Shown: one piece after another, positions 29,210 through 38,851 of the stretch | Layout of the letters: the number at the start of each line of letters is the position of its first letter | Numbering within the stretch: the stretch's first letter is position 1 | Assembly: GCA_965222225.1 (NCBI GenBank) | Contig: CBDCTK010000002.1 | Location: forward strand, 352,001 to 416,000 | DNA: 64,000 nt | Direction: 5' to 3' | Origin: Candidatus Poribacteria bacterium | Lineage (GTDB): Bacteria; Poribacteria; WGA-4E; JAJDTR01 | Notes under the pieces: model-generated | The model's database searches: none | What the model was told of the DNA's origin: nothing | What the model saw: the letters and a program-made list of their open reading frames with translations, nothing else | Made by a program: the position numbers and the translations under genes

Positions 29210-30460
29210 GTGATAGAATTTGATAAACTGCAAGTGCCTACTAAAGGCGAAACTATCGGTAAAGTAAACGGGCAGCTAGAGGTGCCAAGTCAGCCGATTA
29301 TTCCGGTCATTGAAGGCGATGGTATTGGCCGTGATATCATGAAAGCCACGCGCCGAGTGATTGACGCCGCAATTGAATCAGCGTATGGAAGCGAAAAACG
29401 TGTCGTATGGTTTGATGTCTATGCCGGCGAGAAAGCAAATGCCGAATATGGAGAATGGCTGCCGCAGGACACCTTCGATGCTATCAAGCATTTCCGCGTT
29501 GCCCTGAAGGGACCATTGACGACACCAGTGGGCGGCGGATTTCGAAGCTTAAATGTGACGCTGCGCCAAGTATTGGACCTGTATGCCTGTGTTCGCCCGG
29601 TGCGCTATTTTGAAGGCGTGCCAGCTCCCGTAACTCACCCCGAAAACATGAACGTCGTTATTTTCCGTGAGAATACCGAAGATGTTTATGCCGGAATCGA
29701 GTGGGCGAAGGGAACGCCTGAAGCCAAAAAAGTAATCGACTTTCTTCACAGTGATATGGGTGTGAAGGTGCGTAAAGATTCCGGGATTGGCATTAAACCT
29801 ATTAGCGTATTCGGAACAAGTCGTCTTGTGCGGATGGCGATGCAGTACGCTATCGACCACAACCGTTCCAGCGTCACGTTTGTCCATAAAGGCAATATCA
29901 TGAAGTTCACTGAAGGCGCTTTCCGTGATTGGGGTTATCAAGTTGCGGAGGATGAATTTCCGGATTCGACAATTACCGAAGACAATCTCTACGAGGTACA
30001 TGACGGGCGAGTTCCCAATGGCAAAATCGTCGTGAAAGATCGGATTGCCGACAGTATGTTACAGCAAATCTTAACACGGACTGCCGAATACGATGTAATC
30101 GCTACGCCAAACCTGAATGGCGACTACCTCTCCGATGCCTGTGCGGCGCAGGTTGGTGGTATCGGGATGGCGCCCGGCGGGAATTTTGGCGATGAAACAG
30201 CACTGTTTGAAGCAACTCACGGCACCGCTCCGAAGTACACGGATCAGGATGTTGTCAATCCAAGTTCGTTGATTCTTTCCGCCGTAATGATGCTTGAACA
30301 TCTTGGTTGGCAAGAGGCAGCAGACTTGGTTATCCATGGGCTTGAGCAAACAATTCTGCAAAAGCGTGTGACTTATGACCTTGAACGGCTGATGGACGGA
30401 GCGACGAAGGTGCGTACTTCTGAATTTGCCACCGCAATCATTGAAAATTTCACGGCTTGA
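29210..30460 (+). CDS. icd: Isocitrate dehydrogenase (dimeric, E. coli/Bacillus type)
   Basis: [54 protein letters not shown]. Confidence 0.95.
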   Translation: MIEFDKLQVPTKGETIGKVNGQLEVPSQPIIPVIEGDGIGRDIMKATRRVIDAAIESAYGSEKRVVWFDVYAGEKANAEYGEWLPQDTFDAIKHFRVALKGPLTTPVGGGFRSLNVTLRQVLDLYACVRPVRYFEGVPAPVTHPENMNVVIFRENTEDVYAGIEWAKGTPEAKKVIDFLHSDMGVKVRKDSGIGIKPISVFGTSRLVRMAMQYAIDHNRSSVTFVHKGNIMKFTEGAFRDWGYQVAEDEFPDSTITEDNLYEVHDGRVPNGKIVVKDRIADSMLQQILTRTAEYDVIATPNLNGDYLSDACAAQVGGIGMAPGGNFGDETALFEATHGTAPKYTDQDVVNPSSLILSAVMMLEHLGWQEAADLVIHGLEQTILQKRVTYDLERLMDGATKVRTSEFATAIIENFTA

Positions 30461-30502
30461 TGAGATCTGATTCTGTTGCACTTTTTCTGAATGGAGGAAG
30501 AC

Positions 30503-31429
30503 GTGGGTAGAAAGAAAATCAGCGTCATTGGCGCGGGAAACGTCGGCGCGACAGCAGCGTTTCTGATTGCCCAAAAGCAACTGGGCGATGTTGTGATGGT
30601 AGACATAATCGACGGTATTCCGCAAGGCAAAGCTCTTGACATGGCACAAACCGCGCCAATTGAAGCTTTTGACGCGAACATCACGGGAGCAGTTGATTTT
30701 GAAGCTACTGCCGGGTCGGATTTAGTGATTATCACTTCGGGCTCTCCTCGAAAACCGGGTATGACCCGCGAGGATCTCTTGCAAACGAACGCCAACATAG
30801 TTAGAAACGTCACAGAAAATGTGGTAACACGCTCACCAGATTGCGTCATCGTAATGTTGACCAACCCGCTCGACATCATGACCTATCATGCGTGGAAGGT
30901 ATCGGGATTTCCTGCTCACCAAGTGGTTGGACAAGCTGGCGTCCTTGACTCGGCGCGATTCCGTTATTTTATTTCACTCGAATTGGGAGTATCCGTTGAG
31001 GACATCCACGCGCTTGTTCTTGGCGGACACGGCGATACCATGGTGCCGCTTCCTCGCTATACGACGGTTAACGGTGTTCCAATCACTCAACTTATTCCTG
31101 CCAACCGGATTGAAGAGATGGCACAACGGACTCGCGATGGCGGCGCTGAAGTCGTTGATTTGCTGAAGACTAGTGGTTATTACGCTGCGGGTGCTTCGCT
31201 CGCCGAAATGGCGGAAGCCATCATCCTTGATAGGAAGCGTCTGCTTCCCTGCTCAGCGTATCTTACTGGACAGTACGGTATTGATGACTTGTATATAGGA
31301 GTCCCAATAAAGCTTGGAGGTGGCGGCGTTGAACAGGTTATCGAAATCGACCTGACCGATGACGAACTTCAGGCATTGCAAACATCTGCCAAAACGTATC
31401 GCGAGGGAATTGCTCTACTAAGCAAGTAA
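30503..31429 (+). CDS. mdh: Malate dehydrogenase (LDH-like)
   Basis: IGAGNVG, PRKPGMTREDL, GVLDSARFR, LGGHGD; RBS GGAGG before GTG 30503. Confidence 0.95.
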   Translation: MGRKKISVIGAGNVGATAAFLIAQKQLGDVVMVDIIDGIPQGKALDMAQTAPIEAFDANITGAVDFEATAGSDLVIITSGSPRKPGMTREDLLQTNANIVRNVTENVVTRSPDCVIVMLTNPLDIMTYHAWKVSGFPAHQVVGQAGVLDSARFRYFISLELGVSVEDIHALVLGGHGDTMVPLPRYTTVNGVPITQLIPANRIEEMAQRTRDGGAEVVDLLKTSGYYAAGASLAEMAEAIILDRKRLLPCSAYLTGQYGIDDLYIGVPIKLGGGGVEQVIEIDLTDDELQALQTSAKTYREGIALLSK

Positions 31430-31534
31430 TTGCTTCGGTTGCAAAAGAACATACCTTGTAGTGTGGAACCGTGTAGGTTATCCGAGTTGGGAGTTCAGGC
31501 AGGAGCGATAAGTTACGGAGGCTGAAGAACAAGA

Positions 31535-32296
31535 ATGACGGAACTCGCCGATATTGAAAATGAATTCATCCGCGAAGAGATTGAAGAGTTTCTCGAACGA
31601 CCCGATGAAATAGAACGAACGATTAAGACATTTGCCAAAACTGCTCCCGAGATGCAGGCTATCGCCGCCGCGCTAATTGACGGAGACAATGATGCGGTGG
31701 ACGAATTGACCAAAGAAGCCTTGGATGCCGGGACTGAAGCACTAGAGATTATGGACGACGGGCTCATCTCTGGCATGGGTATTGTTGGCATCAAGTTCCG
31801 GGAAAACTTCATTTTCGTGCCGGAGGTGCTTGCTTGTGCGCGTGCAATGAAGGCGGGTATGGCATACGTTGAGCCCATACTGTCCGCTTCCGGGGTCGAA
31901 CCCGTTGGAACGGTAATCATGGGGACAGTGAAGGGCGATCTACACGACATTGGGAAGAATCTTTGCATTATGATGCTACGCGGTGCCGGGTTCGTAGTTC
32001 ATGACCTCGGTGTGGATACTTCGGATGATGAATTTATTAAGGCCTTTGAGGAGCACGATGCGAAAGTGTTGGGGATGTCCGCTCTGTTGACGACCACGAT
32101 GCCGAACATGGGTAAGACAATCGAAGCTTTCATTGACGAGGATCTTCGTGATGACGTTAAAATTATGGTCGGTGGAGCGCCCGTGACGCAGGAGTTCGCC
32201 GATGATATGGGCGCCGACGGGTACGGCAAGGATGCACTTGAATGTGTCGCATTGGCAAAGAAGTTTGTCGAAGAAGAAGATGAGGAAGAGTTCTGA
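31535..32296 (+). CDS. Corrinoid (cobalamin-binding) protein of a split methyltransferase system
   Basis: Four-helix cap (FVPEVL) plus GTVKGDLHDIGKNL (DxHxxG), SALLTTT, VGGAP. Confidence 0.95.
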   Translation: MTELADIENEFIREEIEEFLERPDEIERTIKTFAKTAPEMQAIAAALIDGDNDAVDELTKEALDAGTEALEIMDDGLISGMGIVGIKFRENFIFVPEVLACARAMKAGMAYVEPILSASGVEPVGTVIMGTVKGDLHDIGKNLCIMMLRGAGFVVHDLGVDTSDDEFIKAFEEHDAKVLGMSALLTTTMPNMGKTIEAFIDEDLRDDVKIMVGGAPVTQEFADDMGADGYGKDALECVALAKKFVEEEDEEEF

Positions 32297-32314
32297 AATT
32301 TGTGAAAGTGCAGA

Positions 32315-34216
32315 ATGCAGAAAATAGACAAGGAAGAATACCAGAAGCGACTTGACAAAATTACCGAAACGTTTGAGGGCATAGTGCTGCACGCGGATGA
32401 GCAATCCACATATCGATGTCCTTACAAGAATCGTTTCGATCAATGTACGGCAAAATTCGGATGTCGCAATCAACGCAAGCCACCTACCAAAGGGGATTTA
32501 CTTCTATGTGGCGGCGATGACCGCATAGATTACCGAAGTGCCTGGGAAACCGAGGCAGTAGACGGTGCTTATCTAGAGGACATTGAGTACGGCATGGGTA
32601 CAATTGAACATGCTGGAAAAGCCCGGAAATTATCTGCCGGGAAAACCATCTTCGATTATGCTGATGAGCTTGCTGTCCAAGTGCCGACCTCCTGTTTTCG
32701 CACCGGACAATGCCATGAGTGTATCGTCGAAGTGAAGTCGGGCATGGAAGCGTTACGCCCTCGAAATGAAGTAGAATCATTTCTACGAGACAACCACCGT
32801 CTCGCTTGTCAGGCGGTGGTTCTAGATCCCGACATTGATATAGAATTCTCCCCATTGCGGCGCACGCCTAAAATTCTCACCCTGACAGATGAAAAGCCGA
32901 TAGCATCTGATCCGTTAGTCACCCGCCGAGGGGACAGCGTTTATTATAACGGCGAGTACATCGACAGATATCGGGGTCACCTCTACGGTTTGGCAATCGA
33001 TCTTGGCACGACCACCATTGTCATTGATTTAGTGGACTTGGAAGGCGGAAAAACCGTTCACGTCAGTTCGTTTGAGAACCCGCAAAGGTTTGGCGGAAGT
33101 GATGTGATGCATAGAATATCATACGACGCTGAATTCGGAGGCGAGTTACGTAAAGCGGTCATCAACGCGCTGAATCACGAAATCTTGGAGATGGGCAAGA
33201 GCCTTGGTTTTGTTCGTCAAGAAATCTATGAGATTGTCTTGGTGGGCAATTCGACCATGCGCGACATCTTTTTCAATCTTGATGTGCAGAGCATCGGTCA
33301 AAAACCTTACAAGTCCACAATAGAACACGAATATCTGGAAGGCAAGCGCGAGACCACCGCGCTCCTAGAGAAAACGCGACGGCTGGGAATTCGGGCGAAT
33401 CCAAAAGCCGTTGTTTACGGTTTGCCTCTGATTGCAAGCCACGTTGGCGCAGATGTTGCCGCCGACCTAGTGGCAATTGAGATCGCCTCGCAAGACGAAG
33501 TTGTGATGCTGGTGGATGTTGGTACCAACACCGAAGTGGTTGTGGGGCACGCAGGCCGGTTGGTGGCAGCTTCCTGTCCGGCAGGTCCCGCTTTTGAAGG
33601 GGGCGGAATCGAATACGGCATGCCCGGGTACGATGGTGCCATTGAGTCAATTCATTTGAACAACGGTCAGACCGAATACCGAACTATTGGTGATGTCGAA
33701 CCCCAGGGCATCTGCGGATCCGGTTTAATCGATCTGCTGGCGGAACTTCGAAACCATGATTTGATGACGCCAATGGGAGTTTTCTCAGAAAAGAAACAGC
33801 GCAAGATAGCAGTTATTCCCGAATATGGAATCACTCTGTCACGTGATGATGCCAGCAATCTTGCCCAAGCGAAAGCCGCGAATTATTGCGGTCAATTCAT
33901 CGTAATGCGAAAATTTGGTGTTAACCCGGCGGATGTGAAGAAGCTATATTTAGCTGGTGGATTCGCCAACTATGTGGATGTGCGCAATGCAATTGACATC
34001 GGGTTCTTGGCACCGGTTCCCGACGATCGAATTGTCAAGGTTGGCAACGCAGCGGTACAAGGGGCAAGGGAGATATTGCTGTCGCGCAAGAAGCGTGAAT
34101 CAATCGAGGATTTGGTCAAGAAGATTGAGCACGTCGAATTGGAGACGACGCCGGATTTCTTCGAAGTATTCGTGGAAGGCTGCCAATTCAAACCGATGCC
34201 AACGAAGTTCGCCTAA
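32315..34216 (+). CDS. ASKHA-type ATP-dependent reductive activator of corrinoid enzymes (RACE/RamA-like, DUF4445) with 2Fe-2S domain and extra N-terminal Cys domain
   Basis: SCFRTGQCHEC...RLACQ ferredoxin; AIDLGTTT, NPQRFGGSDVMHRI, DVGTNTE, SCPAGPAFEG, GICGSG, LAGGFANY. Confidence 0.9.
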   Translation: MQKIDKEEYQKRLDKITETFEGIVLHADEQSTYRCPYKNRFDQCTAKFGCRNQRKPPTKGDLLLCGGDDRIDYRSAWETEAVDGAYLEDIEYGMGTIEHAGKARKLSAGKTIFDYADELAVQVPTSCFRTGQCHECIVEVKSGMEALRPRNEVESFLRDNHRLACQAVVLDPDIDIEFSPLRRTPKILTLTDEKPIASDPLVTRRGDSVYYNGEYIDRYRGHLYGLAIDLGTTTIVIDLVDLEGGKTVHVSSFENPQRFGGSDVMHRISYDAEFGGELRKAVINALNHEILEMGKSLGFVRQEIYEIVLVGNSTMRDIFFNLDVQSIGQKPYKSTIEHEYLEGKRETTALLEKTRRLGIRANPKAVVYGLPLIASHVGADVAADLVAIEIASQDEVVMLVDVGTNTEVVVGHAGRLVAASCPAGPAFEGGGIEYGMPGYDGAIESIHLNNGQTEYRTIGDVEPQGICGSGLIDLLAELRNHDLMTPMGVFSEKKQRKIAVIPEYGITLSRDDASNLAQAKAANYCGQFIVMRKFGVNPADVKKLYLAGGFANYVDVRNAIDIGFLAPVPDDRIVKVGNAAVQGAREILLSRKKRESIEDLVKKIEHVELETTPDFFEVFVEGCQFKPMPTKFA

Positions 34217-34223
34217 GTGACGT

Positions 34224-35840
34224 GTGAGGGTACAGCTTATGAATACCGCCCACGCTCAGTCTAGTCAGCAGGTCGGTGCTTGGCAAAAGCGTCCACTGCG
34301 TCATCTACTTGAGGAAACGGATACGTTTGTCACTTGCGTTGAGCTGGTGACTTCGCGCGGCGTAATCACCGAACGTAATGGCAGACGCGTACTGGAATTG
34401 GCTAGAAAGCTCACCGAGCACCCGCGCATACATGTCCTAAGTATTACCGACAACCCTGGCGGTAATGCCATGCTCAGCGCTGACACGCTCGGAACGGATC
34501 TCATCTCTCGAGGTCAGGAAGTTGTTATCCACCTTTCATGCAAAGACTGGAACCGCAATGCCCTCCAGAGCCGTGGGTGGCAGCTCGCGAGCGAGGGCTT
34601 CAACAATGTACTCGCTTTGTCGGGCGACTATCCCAACGATGGCTATCAAGGGCAGGCAAGCCCCGTTTTTGACACCGATTCGGTTGGTCTGCTCAAAATG
34701 TTCTCGGATATGAACGCCGGAATGACCGTTGCGGCAGGGGGAAAAAACGAGGTATTAAAACGCACCGACTTCTATCTAGGCGCCGTAGTAAACAACCACA
34801 AACGTTTTGAACGCGAGGTGATGCCGCAGTATTTCAAGCTTGCCAAGAAGGTGAAAAACGGAGCGGCGTTTATCATCAATCAGATTGGCTACGACTCGCG
34901 TAAGCAGGACGAATTATTGAAATATATGTCAATGCACGGTATCAACGTGCCGGTGCTTGGCAACGTCTATGTGCTGAGCCGCGCCGCGGCGCGATACTTC
35001 AATGCGGGGAAAATTCCGGGTGTCACGGTAACCGACGATCTGCTGCGACTGGTTGAAAAGCAAGCGAAATCGCGCGATAAGGGCAAAGCCTTCTTCTTGG
35101 ATTTTGCCGCGAAACAGTGTGCTATTGCGAAGGGATTGGGCTACCGCGGCGTCTACTTGGGCGGACATCTGCAATATAAGGATTATGAGAAAGTTCTGCA
35201 GATGACCGATGAGTTCGGCGCCGATGACTGGAAGGAGTTCGTGGAGGAAATCTGTTTCGGTCACTCCGGCGAATTCTACTTCTTTGAACCGGAACCAAAA
35301 ACAGGTCTCAGTTCAACCGCGGTCAACCGGAGTTACCTTTTTTCAAAACGTCCCGAAGCCTTGCAGGCGGCAAGGCGCGATATCTCGTTCGGATACAAGC
35401 TAAACAGGGGTGTGCACGGAGCAGCATTTGAAGGTGAAACACTTGGGTTCAAAGCCGGGCGGAAGATTTTCCGGGCGGTTGACAAAGCCGGCGTTCGCGT
35501 ACAGACAGCCGTGCATGCAGCCGAACATGCCATTAAAGCAGTAATGTTTGACTGCCGTGATTGCGGCGACTGTTCATTGCCGGAAATTGCCTTTCTCTGT
35601 CCCGAATCTCAATGCGTAAAAAACCAGCGTAACGGCCCCTGTGGCGGCACACGTCAGGGAAAATGTGAAATCGGTGAAAAAGATTGCATTTGGGGAAGAG
35701 CCTACGACCGACTAAAGGCATACGGGGAAGAGGAGAGCATGATGGAAGAACCGGTGGTCTTCAAGAACGGCGCGTTGAAGGGTACAAGCGCGTGGGCAAA
35801 CACGTTTCTAGGACGAGATCATCACGCACGCAAGAAATGA
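34224..35840 (+). CDS. metF: Methylenetetrahydrofolate reductase (MetF) fused to a C-terminal Cys-rich MetV-like domain
   Basis: SITDNPGG, HLSCKDWNRNALQS, LALSGD, KKVKNGAAFIINQ; C-terminal CRDCGDC...CPESQCVKNQRNGPCGG...CE...CIW. Confidence 0.85.
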   Translation: MRVQLMNTAHAQSSQQVGAWQKRPLRHLLEETDTFVTCVELVTSRGVITERNGRRVLELARKLTEHPRIHVLSITDNPGGNAMLSADTLGTDLISRGQEVVIHLSCKDWNRNALQSRGWQLASEGFNNVLALSGDYPNDGYQGQASPVFDTDSVGLLKMFSDMNAGMTVAAGGKNEVLKRTDFYLGAVVNNHKRFEREVMPQYFKLAKKVKNGAAFIINQIGYDSRKQDELLKYMSMHGINVPVLGNVYVLSRAAARYFNAGKIPGVTVTDDLLRLVEKQAKSRDKGKAFFLDFAAKQCAIAKGLGYRGVYLGGHLQYKDYEKVLQMTDEFGADDWKEFVEEICFGHSGEFYFFEPEPKTGLSSTAVNRSYLFSKRPEALQAARRDISFGYKLNRGVHGAAFEGETLGFKAGRKIFRAVDKAGVRVQTAVHAAEHAIKAVMFDCRDCGDCSLPEIAFLCPESQCVKNQRNGPCGGTRQGKCEIGEKDCIWGRAYDRLKAYGEEESMMEEPVVFKNGALKGTSAWANTFLGRDHHARKK

Positions 35841-35975
35841 TATGGCGGTCCATTGCGTGTTCATACGAGATTGTCTCAACCAAGTCCAAAGTTAGATGCC
35901 TATTGTAGTTATCTATAGTCATTGCAATTAAGAATTTTACACACTCGGACTTAGGTTGTTCGATTTGTAGTAGCA

Positions 35976-36010
35976 ATCAAGGGAGCGAATAGCGACTGCG
36001 ATAGAAATCC
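35976..36010 (+). repeat. 35-bp structured insert element, copy C
   Basis: ATCAAGGGAGCGAATAGCGACTGCGATAGAAATCC after TGTAGTAGCA. Confidence 0.85.
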
Positions 36011-36026
36011 CTTTATTGCGCGTCTT

Positions 36027-36116
36027 CTGTAGAGGATCAAACGACCGAATAGGGAGTGCGATAGAGATTTTCTCGCGATCGCGACTTCCTGACGTGAGCA
36101 AAGCTCGCTCCTACAG
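36027..36116. repeat. GTAG-type REP doublet carrying 35-bp insert copy D (36036-36070)
   Basis: CTGTAG...CTCCTACAG; insert ATCAAACGACCGAATAGGGAGTGCGATAGAGATTT; the homologue at 8457-8514 lacks the insert. Confidence 0.8.
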
Positions 36117-36249
36117 TTGAATTATCGTAACAGTCTACAATCATCAAATCGCCCATCTCCATGCTTTCAATTCGCGTCTGACTGGTTTTTCACTCGCTTG
36201 TAGACTGAAATGTGTGTAAATTTATGAATCTAAATGACTATAATCTGTT

Positions 36250-37284
36250 ATGAAGCTAAACGGTAAAGAATTTATCAGCATTGGTGAAAACGTCCATACT
36301 ACGCGCGTGGTAATGCGAAAGGGCAAGCTGGTTACCAGCAATCCTGACGGGGTTGAATCCGTTTGCTATCTTGACGCTGGAAAAAAGAGACGCTGTTTAA
36401 CTATTCCCGAAGATGTAAAAAAAACTCAGGATTACGAAGAGGGTCGGGTCAAACACGTTAAAATTGCAGTTCAAGCGGCAATGACCGGCGAGGGTGCCGA
36501 TGCCTCTGAAGGACTGAACTACATACACCGACTGGTTCAGCGCCAAGTTGACGCCGGTGCCAGTTTCATCGATTTGAATGTGGATGAAATCTCGCTGCGT
36601 CCTCAGGAACAGAAAGAGGCAATGCAGTGGCTGGTACGAACAGTGCAAAAGATGTGTCCTGTACCGCTGTCGGTGGATTCATCGAACGTCGAGACTATTC
36701 AAGCGGGCCTGGAAGCCGGCGATTGGAGAGCCGGTCGAATGTTGCTGAACTCGGCGTCACTGGAACGACTTGAGGCACTCGATCTTGCGAAACAGTATGA
36801 CTCGCAGGTCATCGTGACGGCAGCGGGGGAGTCTGGCATGCCGCAGGATGATGCAGAACGAATCGCCAATGCTTCTCGGATGGTGGACACTGCCCTAGAT
36901 AGAGGCATTTCGATTGAGGATATATTCATTGATGTACTCATATTTCCTATCTCGGTTGACGGCGCGTTCGGCGCCCATGCCTTTGACACAATTCGTCAAC
37001 TACGCGCCAAGTATGGGCCCGACATCCACATCACCGGGGGCTTTAGTAATGTGTCCTTCGGCTTGCCTTGTCGCCGCATTGTCAATGACGTTTTTATGTG
37101 CTTGGCGATTGTAGCCGGTGCGGACAGCGGAATCATCGATCCGGTCACAAGCCGACCCTCCAAGGTATTCACCATTGATAGGGGGTTGCGGCCGTATCAA
37201 CTCACCGAAGATATGCTGCTTGGACGAGATCGATTCTGCAAGGAATTCTTGAGGGCTTATCGCAAAGGGGAATTGGAAGTCTAA
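36250..37284 (+). CDS. Methyltetrahydrofolate:corrinoid methyltransferase (pterin-binding, DHPS fold, AcsE/MeTr-like)
   Basis: IGEN, GASFIDLNVD, LSVDS, LLNS, GFSNVSFG and IIDP motifs. Confidence 0.9.
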   Translation: MKLNGKEFISIGENVHTTRVVMRKGKLVTSNPDGVESVCYLDAGKKRRCLTIPEDVKKTQDYEEGRVKHVKIAVQAAMTGEGADASEGLNYIHRLVQRQVDAGASFIDLNVDEISLRPQEQKEAMQWLVRTVQKMCPVPLSVDSSNVETIQAGLEAGDWRAGRMLLNSASLERLEALDLAKQYDSQVIVTAAGESGMPQDDAERIANASRMVDTALDRGISIEDIFIDVLIFPISVDGAFGAHAFDTIRQLRAKYGPDIHITGGFSNVSFGLPCRRIVNDVFMCLAIVAGADSGIIDPVTSRPSKVFTIDRGLRPYQLTEDMLLGRDRFCKEFLRAYRKGELEV

Positions 37285-37290
37285 CTAAGG

Positions 37291-37590
37291 ATGGCAACGT
37301 ATCAGATTCTGTACTGGAAGCATATTCCGGCTCAAATCAGAGTCTTTGAGGGGAAAAAACCGATTTCGCAGCCGATGCCTGATCGATTTCAGACCGACAT
37401 CGATCGAACTGCTATGAAGGAAGGCTTGACGGGGACTGACGAATATCTTGATCAGTGGCAGTGGACGGAAAAACGCGAGCGCCCGGGTGATGCCCGTGAC
37501 GTTTTGCCAGAGCTCGTGAGAGAACTCGAATCTGAATACGACATCAATGTCCCCATCAATGTCCCAAAGACAGGTAACCGTCAACAGTAA
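37291..37590 (+). CDS. Small 'virulence factor' family protein found with split MetH/MetF clusters
   Basis: YQILYWKHIPAQI...MPDRFQTDIDRTAM..G....DEYLDQW pattern. Confidence 0.8.
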   Translation: MATYQILYWKHIPAQIRVFEGKKPISQPMPDRFQTDIDRTAMKEGLTGTDEYLDQWQWTEKRERPGDARDVLPELVRELESEYDINVPINVPKTGNRQQ

Positions 37591-37719
37591 AGGGGAGATG
37601 CGAGCAAATCACAGACAAATCGCATCCGCTCAAAATCTGCGCTTTAACTAGCAATCCAAGAGTTGTCATAAAGGTTGAAGACATTCAAGAATTGATACAA
37701 ATCAGGGAATCTGCCGATT

Positions 37720-38787
37720 ATGGATACAACGATTCAATCCATTCTGGAGAAAGCATTAGCCGGTGAGCGCTTAGACTTCGACGATGGTCTAACCCTCTTC
37801 AAGAGTACCGACCTCCTCTCCATTGGAAGCGCGGCTGACGTTATTCGTCAACGCAAGCACCCGGAAGGCGTAATCACCTATGTTGTTGATCGCAACATCA
37901 ACTACACAAACTGGTGCTATGTGGATTGCGATTTCTGCGCCTTCTATCGGCATAAGAGTGACCCTGATGCTTATGTCATGGGACGAGAGGAACTAGGCCA
38001 GAAGATTCAAGAAACCATTGACTTAGGAGGGGTACTTATCCTCATGCAAGGTGGTCTGCATCCCAAACTCAAACTCGATTGGTACGAAGACCTCCTTCTC
38101 TGGATCAAAAAGAACTATGAGATCCATATCCATGGGTTCTCGCCCCCGGAACTTGACTGGTTTGCAAAAATCAACCGAATCAGTCTTAAGGAAACATTGA
38201 CGCGACTACGGGATGCGGGGCTGGATTCAATACCTGGCGGAGGCGCAGAAATTCTTACCGATCACGCTCGGAATGAAATCAGTCCCAAGAAATGCACCGC
38301 GGATGAATGGCTGGAAGTCATGCGGCAGGGGCATTACGTGGGCTTAAAATCGAGCGCAACGATGATGTATGGACACGTCGAAAGTTACGGCGAGCGTGTT
38401 GAACATCTTCTTCGTCTCCGCGAGTTGCAAGACGAGACTGGTGGGTTCACTGCGTTCATCTGCTGGTCGCTGCAACCCAACAACACGCGCATGGACCACA
38501 TCCCCCCGGCTGGAAGTTTCGAGTATCTAAAAACCTTGGCGATATCCAGGATCATGCTTGACAATTTTGACAACTTTCAATCTTCATGGGTGACTCAAGG
38601 TCCCAAAATTGGTCAGTTGTCGCTTAAGTTTGGCGCGAACGACATGGGAGGAACGATGATCGAGGAGAATGTCGTGAGTAAGGCGGGAACTGTCTACTGC
38701 ATGTCGATTGAGGAGATTGAACAGACGATTACCGAGTTGGGGTTGGTTCCGAAGCGGCGGAATTTCTTTTATGAATTGGTTGATTGA
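37720..38787 (+). CDS. mqnC: Cyclic dehypoxanthine futalosine synthase (radical SAM)
   Basis: VDRNINYTNWCYVDCDFCAFYR, LMQGGLHP, SIPGGGAEIL, QSSWVTQG, GANDMG..MIEENVV. Confidence 0.9.
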   Translation: MDTTIQSILEKALAGERLDFDDGLTLFKSTDLLSIGSAADVIRQRKHPEGVITYVVDRNINYTNWCYVDCDFCAFYRHKSDPDAYVMGREELGQKIQETIDLGGVLILMQGGLHPKLKLDWYEDLLLWIKKNYEIHIHGFSPPELDWFAKINRISLKETLTRLRDAGLDSIPGGGAEILTDHARNEISPKKCTADEWLEVMRQGHYVGLKSSATMMYGHVESYGERVEHLLRLRELQDETGGFTAFICWSLQPNNTRMDHIPPAGSFEYLKTLAISRIMLDNFDNFQSSWVTQGPKIGQLSLKFGANDMGGTMIEENVVSKAGTVYCMSIEEIEQTITELGLVPKRRNFFYELVD

Positions 38788-38851
38788 AGTGAACGGGTAA
38801 GACAAAAGCCACTTTGGCAACTTTAAACCATAGACCTTATTTGGAGGACAT

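Noticed and set aside
31430-31534. Cobalamin or SAM riboswitch ahead of the corrinoid cluster
   Set aside because: The spacer is short and I see no B12-box or SAM-I core motifs.
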